From the IMG/VR virus record IMGVR_UViG_3300037424_001306, positions 1 through 27,358 of that record: 27,358 nt of DNA. One strand, given 5' to 3'. The stretch is from a virus. Taxonomy: Duplodnaviria > Caudoviricetes. Under the pieces are notes generated by a model. It ran no database searches. It was not told the origin of the DNA and saw only the letters and a program-made list of their open reading frames with translations. Positions 18,069-25,490 of this stretch are shown in pieces (the first letter of the stretch is position 1; every line of letters starts with the position of its first letter). Both the position numbers and the translations under genes were made by a program.

Positions 18069-21000
18069 TAATATAATAGAAAAAAAAATAATAGGTCCAT
18101 TTGATGACAAAATAGAAAAAGTTAAACTTTCTGGAACTGTTAATTCTGAAAATAGTGCAGATAAAGTTATCTTAGTTTATGATAGAATAACTGCTGGACT
18201 AATAGGATCTGTAAATGCTGATAGAATAACTGGACATTGGGAAATAATTGTACCATATAGATCCGATGAAACATTGACGGTAATATGTCGTGATGAGGGT
18301 GGAGATTTTAATGCAGATATATATGATAGATTGTCTCTATGCTCTAATACTTTTACACATACTATTGACTATGATAGTTTAATAATTTCTGATAAAAAAT
18401 ATAAAGAGCTTTTTACAGATTCTGCCAATATTCCAAATCAAATATCAACAATACCTAGTGAAATTATAGAACATGATTTTAAGGGAGAAGTAACCAATAT
18501 TGATTTTGGTGAAAATGGAATTCCTATTTTAAAGGATTTAAATGATGTTGATATTAGTCCAAATTACTTAAATATCAAAGATGGAATGTCTATTAATTCA
18601 GATAGCTTAATAGTAGAAAAAATTAAAGATGATGTTATTAAACTAATAGGACTATCTCCAAATATATATGCAAAATCTGATATATTTAACGATGGTTCTG
18701 ATATTTTTACAATGCAGCCAATAGATGGTAACATTATTGATACTAGTGGAAATATAGACAATATACAAAATTTTTCTTACAAAATCATTGACGGCATTAA
18801 TGGATCAAAATGTTTATCAAGTGGATATAATGGACTTGTTACTGGAAATAATGCATCAATAAATACTGGATTTAATTTTTCTTCTGGAGAATACACAATA
18901 TCATTTTGGATTAATTCCGATGGTTGGTATTCTACAAATGTTGGACAATCTTTTGTTCAAAACATGTCTATTGATTTTAGAACAAACCTTGCAGGAACAA
19001 CATATATAAGAACTGGAAATGGTAATTCATGGAATACAACAAGAACTTTTTTAATGGGTACAAATTTTTATTTAAACAAGTGGAATCACATAGCTATTTC
19101 AATATCAAATTCATTATTAACTTTTTATGTTAATGGGTCTAAACATAGTTCGATTGCAGATAATGGAATAACAAATACAACAAAAATATCATCTAGTGGT
19201 GGATTAATAATTGATGGTGGATATAATAATTATGGAATATTTCAAAAATTAAGTAATTTTAGAATATTTAATAGAACTATTACCGACAATGAGGCAATTA
19301 TATTATATAATGAAAATGCGAATATATGCAATGTAAATTCCATTTATAAACATACGTTATCAAACTCTGAATTAAAATTTAATACTTTAAAAGTAGAAGT
19401 TCCATATGTAGACATACCATTAAATAATTCATTTGGAGATTTAAATAATATAATAAATTTAACAAATTCTGGAATTGAATCAAAAAGTGATTCTATTTTA
19501 TTTGATGGAAATAATACAATACATACATTAAAATTATCTTCTGATGAGTCAGTTGGTGGAGATATTGGAGATGAATCAAATATAGACATTTATTGTAGAT
19601 TTAAGCCATCAGTTTTATCAGGAAAGCAAGTTATTTGGAAATCTGGAGGATCTAATGACGGAATAGCTGTTGGAATAAATGGATTAAATGCTGGATTATT
19701 TGGTGTTAGCGGTGCAACAGAAACTTCAATAGAAGTTCCACATGATCTTATTTCAGATTCGTGGTATAAAATACTATGTAAAAATGGAGAAGTTACTTTA
19801 ATATCTGACAATGGTGTGCCAATAATTAGTGAATTAGGAAGTGTAATATCTGGAAATGGCACTGAACAACAATCTGTAGGTGGTGCATGTGTAGGATCTC
19901 CAATGACACCTGAATCCTCTGGATCATTAGATTTTTTTAATGGAGAAGTGTCTGATATTGAAGTGTTTACTGGCGGTACATCAAATATTGAATCAACAAG
20001 TAAATTAAAAATAGCTGCAGAGATAGGAGAAACTGGAGTAGAATGCGAAATAGAAATAGAAAAGTGGGAACCATTATCTAATGAATGTATTATTTGGGTA
20101 AAAATTCCAGAATTATCTTCTATTGAAGATAATATAATAAGATTTTATTTTTATGAAGATCATATAGACAATACAAATGTATTATTTACTGGAATTGAAC
20201 CAACACTTCCTATTGACGCAACTCAAAATGAAATAGATCTTAGAAATGCATTAGAATTAGATACTGTAATTGAATATTCAGAAATTACATCAGTTAATAA
20301 TATTCCATGGACTCCTGCAGAAATATCTACGGCTTTGTGGTTGGATGCTTCTGATGCCTCAACAATAACTCTTGCAACAGGGGTGAGTAATTGGGCTGAT
20401 AAAAGTGGTAATGGGAACGATGCTGTCCAAGCATCTGGAACATTACAACCATTGGTATCGACAGCAGACATGAACGGATTAGATACCATCTCATTTGATG
20501 GTTCTGATGATATATTATCCACTGCTTTAAGCATGCCAGATAGCCACACTGTTTTCTATGTGGCAAAAAAAGGGAATCAGACAACAACAGGATCGATATC
20601 AAGACCAGTAATTGGTATTGATTCACCTACATTGACTTATGGTGCAAGGAGGGAACCTTTAACAGAATTAGATTTTGTTATTGGCCTTACTAGGATAGCT
20701 GTAATTGATAATAGTTGGATTGATGGCTCATCTGTTATTTTGTCGGCTACATATAATGGTACAACACTTTCTGGTTGGTATGATGGCAATGTTTATGGAA
20801 CTATTGCAGATACTCAATCTTCTTTTTCTGCAATTAACATTGGTGGAGATACACTCTCTGCTGAGAGGAAATTCAAAGGTACAATTGCAGAAGTAATAAT
20901 TTGCAATAGTGTACTTTCTGATGCAGATAGGCAAAAAATAGAAGGGTATCTTGCATGGAAATGGGGATTACAAGCTGATCTTCAAACTGATCACCAATAC

Positions 21001-24000
21001 AAGGATGCTGCTCCAGTTATTTCATTCTCGTGGGATCAAAGAAAAAAAATACATATTACTAATGTTTTACCTACATCTGCTAATGACGATTTTACTGGAA
21101 CTGATGGCGATGCTCCGAATGAGTTGAGGTGGTTAGCGCAAAGTGCATCCCCAACAGGATTCCTACAAATTAACAACAATAAATTACGATTCGAGATACC
21201 GATAACAGCAAATGACGAGAACATGTATGTCAAATCCAATTTCAAGATTGGTGATAATTTTGATATACAGGTTGACTTTTACGACATAGTTTCTGATCCG
21301 CCAAGCTCAAGCGGTTCTTATCCTGCCATGTTTCGTATTTCCATCGCGTCTGGCTATGCCCTAATAGGTACTCAAATAAATAGCAGTAATCAACGATATA
21401 TGGTGATTCTTGACTCTGGCGGAACCAGCGAGTTTCAGCCAGACTATACCAATCCAACTAAATTCCGCTTTGTCAGAAGCGGATCAACCATAAAGGCATA
21501 TTATTGGTCTGGGACTCAATGGGAGTGGAACAATAACACATCTGGTAAAACTTTAGCATTTTCGTCGCCTGATAGTGTTGCAGTCACACTACAATCTACA
21601 GCAGATTTTAACTCGGGTTGTACAACAGACTGGGATAATTTTGTTGTAAATTCAGGAACAGTAGTCTGGCCTGAATTAACCGATTTCCAGTTACCTCTGC
21701 AAATAAGCTCAAATTTGCCTATTTCAGTAAATGATTATTTCACTGGAGCTAATGGCGATGCTCCTAATGATATATTGTGGTCAGCACTTAAATACGATCC
21801 AGTATCAGTTACACAAACTGCAACAAATGTTCTTGACACCAACAGATTAAAATTTTCTATCAATAACACACAAGAACTGACATTTATCTCATCAAAATTC
21901 AAATTAATTGGTGATTTCGATATTCAGGTTGATTTTGAAACAAACGCATCGAATTCTTCTTTATACTGGTCTGCGGCAATGACGGTATGTGACGAAGATG
22001 AACCATCGATTAATACTAATATCTGGGGGTTTATAGGGCGGTACAGTGGCTCTGCCGGACCGTACAGAATTCAAACATATAACGTTTCTGCTGTTATTGG
22101 CGGATCGATAGACTCAAGCGGGAAACTGCGCCTTGTTAGATCGGGATCAACATTAACAGGGTATTTCTTGAACGGTTCGAGTTGGACATCATTAAGTTCA
22201 GATAGTTCATTTGGAACAGCAAATGTATATGTAAAATTGTTTGTTCGCACCTGGAATTCTGATTTAATACATACTGTATATTACGATAACTTCGTCGTAA
22301 ATTCAGGTACGGTAGTTTGGCCTGGAGAGATACCAACATATGGTGGATCTGGTATAACTGGTTTTGATGCAAGTGCCGTTTTTGATGAACTTAAGCCAAA
22401 ATATAACGCTAAACCATGGAAACAACAGTATAGTTTTAATATTACACAAAGTGCTGATATCACAGGATGGACAACCGGAACAAGCTTACCTGGAGTTTTG
22501 TATGCTAGTCAAGCAATTGTAACAAAGAATAGAGTTTATTTGCTAGGAGGGTTTACAACTAATTCTGTTTCCACTGTTTACACAGCACCAATAAACGAGG
22601 ATGGAACTTTAGGCACTTGGACAACCGGAACAAGCTTACCTGGAGTTTTGCGTACTAGTCAAGCAATTGTAACAAAGAATAGAGTTTATTTGCTAGGAGG
22701 GTTTGCAACTGATTCTGTTTACACAGCACCAATAAACGAGGATGGAACTTTAGGCACTTGGACAACCGGAACAAGCTTACCTGGAGTTTTGTATGCTAGT
22801 CAAGCAATTGTAACAAAGAATAGAGTTTATTTGCTAGGAGGGTTTACAACTGATTCTGTTTCCACTGTTTACACAGCACCAATAAACGAGGATGGAACTT
22901 TAGGCACTTGGACAACCGGAACAAGCTTACCTGGAGTTTTGCGTTTTAGTCAAGCAATTGTAACAAAGAATAGAGTTTATTTGCTAGGAGGGCTTACAAC
23001 TAATTCTGTTTCCACTGTTTACACAGCCACATTCGCTGGAGGTTTTAATGATTACAGCGACGAAAATAGAGATGCTCCATACAAAAGAATTGCGCTTGAG
23101 GTCGGTGATACTGGTACAGAATGTCTAATCGAAATACCTTCAAATGGTTGGGATGCAGTAAATAAAACAGCAATGATATTGGCAACAATTCCATCATTTA
23201 CACCTGATACTGTTCTCAATTTTTATTATGACTTACTACATGCAGATAATCCTAATGTTACAGATGTTGACCAATTACCAGTTCCACCGACTGATCCATA
23301 TGAGTTAGCTGTTTACAATGAGGCATTTGATAATAATTTATTAGAATTTTTATATATTTTAAATTTGTTACCAGGATGGGAAAATGGTAATGCAATTTAT
23401 TTAAAAATACCATCATTGTTTGTATTAGAAAATATGACAAATTTTAAAATTCCAATTATATTAAAAAATTCATCTGGAACAACATCATATGATTTTTCAG
23501 ACTGGTTTAAAAATATGATGATTAATTCTTTAGTAATTGGTGAAAATATATCAAAATATAATTTTGGGTCTTTAAATGATGGTTTTTCAATTTTTAATTC
23601 AGATTTAATAAATTTTGATAGAAATCATGCAACGCTTGAAAAATCTGCTATTAATTTTACTGGAAATACATCTGAAAAATTACAATTTCCAGAAAATTCA
23701 AGATCTTTATTTGCTTCTTATCAGATGTCAATATCATTTTGGATAAATCCAAAAAATATTACCGCTAATAGAGCAATACTTGGAACAACATATTATAATG
23801 AAATTTCTGTCAGCTATATATCTAATCAATCTATAATATTTTATTTTGGATATTCAACAAGTTATTATAATTCTATTCAAAGTCCGCAAAATTCAATACA
23901 AAAAGATATGTGGACACATGTTGTATATGTAAGAAATTATAATAATACAAATCAGCAAATTTATATAAATGGTGAATTATCTATAAGTAACTCATGCGTT

Positions 24001-24912
24001 AGATATCCAGGAATAGGCACACTTCCAATTTATTTAGGATATAACACTCATTATTCAAATTCTTTTATAGGAAAAATTAGTGATTTTAAAATTTTTAATA
24101 AATCCTTATTGAGTGATGATGTAAAAAGTTTATATAAATTTAATAGAAATATTTCAGAAATTGATCCAATTATAACAACATTATTTAATTCAACAAATAT
24201 TGAATTTCCATTTTTGCTTGGAGAAGAATTAAATAATATTTCTATCAGCGCCGATATCAATGACCAAAACATTCATATAGCATTTACAAATGATAATAAA
24301 ACATATTATATATTTAATAATATTTGGTTAGAAATATCATCAAAAGATCCCATTATACATGGAAATGTAGATGATAATACATGGTATTATAAAGATGAAA
24401 ATAATAATTGGATTAAGTCATTCGATAATGCAAATGATTCATTATCAAGAGCATTTTCTATAGATAATAATTCAATTTCTATTTCAAATTTATCGTCTAT
24501 TGGGAATGATGAATTTAATTTGTTATTTGATAATAGTACTGGTATATTTGATATTGCAGTTGGTATTGAATCTATTGATATTGGAGAAACACCAACTATA
24601 AATAAAATTATATTTAATAATAAATATTTTTGGGGATCTAAAATATTTGACTTAACAGGATATAGTAATGAATTTACAACAACAAATGTTAAGTGGAATT
24701 ATAATTCAAAAAATAATATTACAAATTTTAAAGTTTATGCTATAAAAACGGGTGATATTTCATGGACAGAATGTACAATAAATGGAGGAGCTTTGCCAAT
24801 GTCAATAGATCCAAGTAATGTAGAAAATATACATATTCAATTTAAAATCGAGTTTGATATCATTGAATCCTTTGATGTTGAAGATATTAATATTGATTTT
24901 AAATTAATTTAG
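18061..24912 (+). CDS. Giant multidomain tail adhesin/fibre: several LamG/ConA-like domains, DUF2341-like segments, Kelch-like repeats
   Basis: LamG motifs (TISFWIN...WNHIAI...FYVNG...FRIFNR; SISFWINP...WTHVVYV...IYING...FIGKISDFKIFNK); LWLDASD...WADKSGNG...IEGYLAWKWG domain; CEIEIEKW...IWVKIP; VYLLGG...W repeats. Confidence 0.85.
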   Translation: MYNNIIEKKIIGPFDDKIEKVKLSGTVNSENSADKVILVYDRITAGLIGSVNADRITGHWEIIVPYRSDETLTVICRDEGGDFNADIYDRLSLCSNTFTHTIDYDSLIISDKKYKELFTDSANIPNQISTIPSEIIEHDFKGEVTNIDFGENGIPILKDLNDVDISPNYLNIKDGMSINSDSLIVEKIKDDVIKLIGLSPNIYAKSDIFNDGSDIFTMQPIDGNIIDTSGNIDNIQNFSYKIIDGINGSKCLSSGYNGLVTGNNASINTGFNFSSGEYTISFWINSDGWYSTNVGQSFVQNMSIDFRTNLAGTTYIRTGNGNSWNTTRTFLMGTNFYLNKWNHIAISISNSLLTFYVNGSKHSSIADNGITNTTKISSSGGLIIDGGYNNYGIFQKLSNFRIFNRTITDNEAIILYNENANICNVNSIYKHTLSNSELKFNTLKVEVPYVDIPLNNSFGDLNNIINLTNSGIESKSDSILFDGNNTIHTLKLSSDESVGGDIGDESNIDIYCRFKPSVLSGKQVIWKSGGSNDGIAVGINGLNAGLFGVSGATETSIEVPHDLISDSWYKILCKNGEVTLISDNGVPIISELGSVISGNGTEQQSVGGACVGSPMTPESSGSLDFFNGEVSDIEVFTGGTSNIESTSKLKIAAEIGETGVECEIEIEKWEPLSNECIIWVKIPELSSIEDNIIRFYFYEDHIDNTNVLFTGIEPTLPIDATQNEIDLRNALELDTVIEYSEITSVNNIPWTPAEISTALWLDASDASTITLATGVSNWADKSGNGNDAVQASGTLQPLVSTADMNGLDTISFDGSDDILSTALSMPDSHTVFYVAKKGNQTTTGSISRPVIGIDSPTLTYGARREPLTELDFVIGLTRIAVIDNSWIDGSSVILSATYNGTTLSGWYDGNVYGTIADTQSSFSAINIGGDTLSAERKFKGTIAEVIICNSVLSDADRQKIEGYLAWKWGLQADLQTDHQYKDAAPVISFSWDQRKKIHITNVLPTSANDDFTGTDGDAPNELRWLAQSASPTGFLQINNNKLRFEIPITANDENMYVKSNFKIGDNFDIQVDFYDIVSDPPSSSGSYPAMFRISIASGYALIGTQINSSNQRYMVILDSGGTSEFQPDYTNPTKFRFVRSGSTIKAYYWSGTQWEWNNNTSGKTLAFSSPDSVAVTLQSTADFNSGCTTDWDNFVVNSGTVVWPELTDFQLPLQISSNLPISVNDYFTGANGDAPNDILWSALKYDPVSVTQTATNVLDTNRLKFSINNTQELTFISSKFKLIGDFDIQVDFETNASNSSLYWSAAMTVCDEDEPSINTNIWGFIGRYSGSAGPYRIQTYNVSAVIGGSIDSSGKLRLVRSGSTLTGYFLNGSSWTSLSSDSSFGTANVYVKLFVRTWNSDLIHTVYYDNFVVNSGTVVWPGEIPTYGGSGITGFDASAVFDELKPKYNAKPWKQQYSFNITQSADITGWTTGTSLPGVLYASQAIVTKNRVYLLGGFTTNSVSTVYTAPINEDGTLGTWTTGTSLPGVLRTSQAIVTKNRVYLLGGFATDSVYTAPINEDGTLGTWTTGTSLPGVLYASQAIVTKNRVYLLGGFTTDSVSTVYTAPINEDGTLGTWTTGTSLPGVLRFSQAIVTKNRVYLLGGLTTNSVSTVYTATFAGGFNDYSDENRDAPYKRIALEVGDTGTECLIEIPSNGWDAVNKTAMILATIPSFTPDTVLNFYYDLLHADNPNVTDVDQLPVPPTDPYELAVYNEAFDNNLLEFLYILNLLPGWENGNAIYLKIPSLFVLENMTNFKIPIILKNSSGTTSYDFSDWFKNMMINSLVIGENISKYNFGSLNDGFSIFNSDLINFDRNHATLEKSAINFTGNTSEKLQFPENSRSLFASYQMSISFWINPKNITANRAILGTTYYNEISVSYISNQSIIFYFGYSTSYYNSIQSPQNSIQKDMWTHVVYVRNYNNTNQQIYINGELSISNSCVRYPGIGTLPIYLGYNTHYSNSFIGKISDFKIFNKSLLSDDVKSLYKFNRNISEIDPIITTLFNSTNIEFPFLLGEELNNISISADINDQNIHIAFTNDNKTYYIFNNIWLEISSKDPIIHGNVDDNTWYYKDENNNWIKSFDNANDSLSRAFSIDNNSISISNLSSIGNDEFNLLFDNSTGIFDIAVGIESIDIGETPTINKIIFNNKYFWGSKIFDLTGYSNEFTTTNVKWNYNSKNNITNFKVYAIKTGDISWTECTINGGALPMSIDPSNVENIHIQFKIEFDIIESFDVEDINIDFKLI
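21067..22323 (+). repeat. Two diverged copies of a ~200-aa lectin-like domain (21067-21672 and 21715-22323)
   Basis: Both begin LP.S.ND.FTG..GDAPN, contain FDIQVDF and R.VRSGST, and end DNFVVNSGTVVWP. Confidence 0.9.
22468..23027 (+). repeat. Tandem array of four near-identical coding repeats (150, 141, 150, 119 bp), Kelch-like blades
   Basis: Units start at 22468, 22618, 22759 and 22909 with TGGACAACCGGAACAAGCTTACCTGGAGTTTTG; protein consensus WTTGTSLPGVL-xx-SQAIVTKNRVYLLGG-xxTx-SVSTVYTAPINEDGTLGT. Confidence 0.97.
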
Positions 24913-24923
24913 GAGATAGTTAA

Positions 24924-25490
24924 ATGGGAAAATGGATTTCAGACACTCATCTAGATTTGATATTAGATGAGATAGTAAAATCAGATAGAGAAGTTGTATG
25001 TAGTGCTCAACCAAACACATTCTTCAATGCCGTTTGGCCTGATCTATGGGTACAAGAAACAATTTACTCAGAAGGAGATGTAATACACCCACCATCAATA
25101 AATGGTTATGTTTATGAGTGTACGACTCCTGGAACAAGTGGTGCAATAGAGCCAGGATGGACTACATTACAAGATTCTACATTTAATGATGGTTCTGTTA
25201 CATGGAAAGCACATGAAAATTACTCTTTAGCTAGTCATGAATTATCTCCTGGAGATGTGGTTAAATCCAACGGGGATATAGATGGAAGAAAAGTTACAGT
25301 TGCTCAAAAAATTGGAGTAGTAACACACGCTGCAGGAACTGTTTCGCATACTGCATTGTTAGAAGTTGGGACAAAAACATTGCATTTTGTTACAGAAGCA
25401 CAAACAACTCTTTCTGGAGATAATGATGTTATAGCTGGAAGAACTACAATATTTTTTGAATTTAATATTACCATAAGAGAACCTGTGTAA
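24924..25490 (+). CDS. Small virion structural protein with an inserted Trp/Tyr-rich module
   Basis: VVCSAQP...NGDIDGRKVTVAQK...GTVSHTAL phage protein motif; SD AGGAG; internal WVQETIYSEGD...GYVYECTTPGTSG..EPGW...DGSVTW. Confidence 0.65.
   Translation: MGKWISDTHLDLILDEIVKSDREVVCSAQPNTFFNAVWPDLWVQETIYSEGDVIHPPSINGYVYECTTPGTSGAIEPGWTTLQDSTFNDGSVTWKAHENYSLASHELSPGDVVKSNGDIDGRKVTVAQKIGVVTHAAGTVSHTALLEVGTKTLHFVTEAQTTLSGDNDVIAGRTTIFFEFNITIREPV

Noticed and set aside
22468-23027. Classical diversity-generating retroelement (TR/VR pair)
   Set aside because: No reverse transcriptase or non-coding template in the window, all copies are in-frame tandem units, and many adenines (including third-position ones) are invariant. 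A remote DGR cannot be excluded from this window alone.
22468-23027. CRISPR array
   Set aside because: Units are 141-150 bp, in-frame coding, without unique spacers; no cas genes present.
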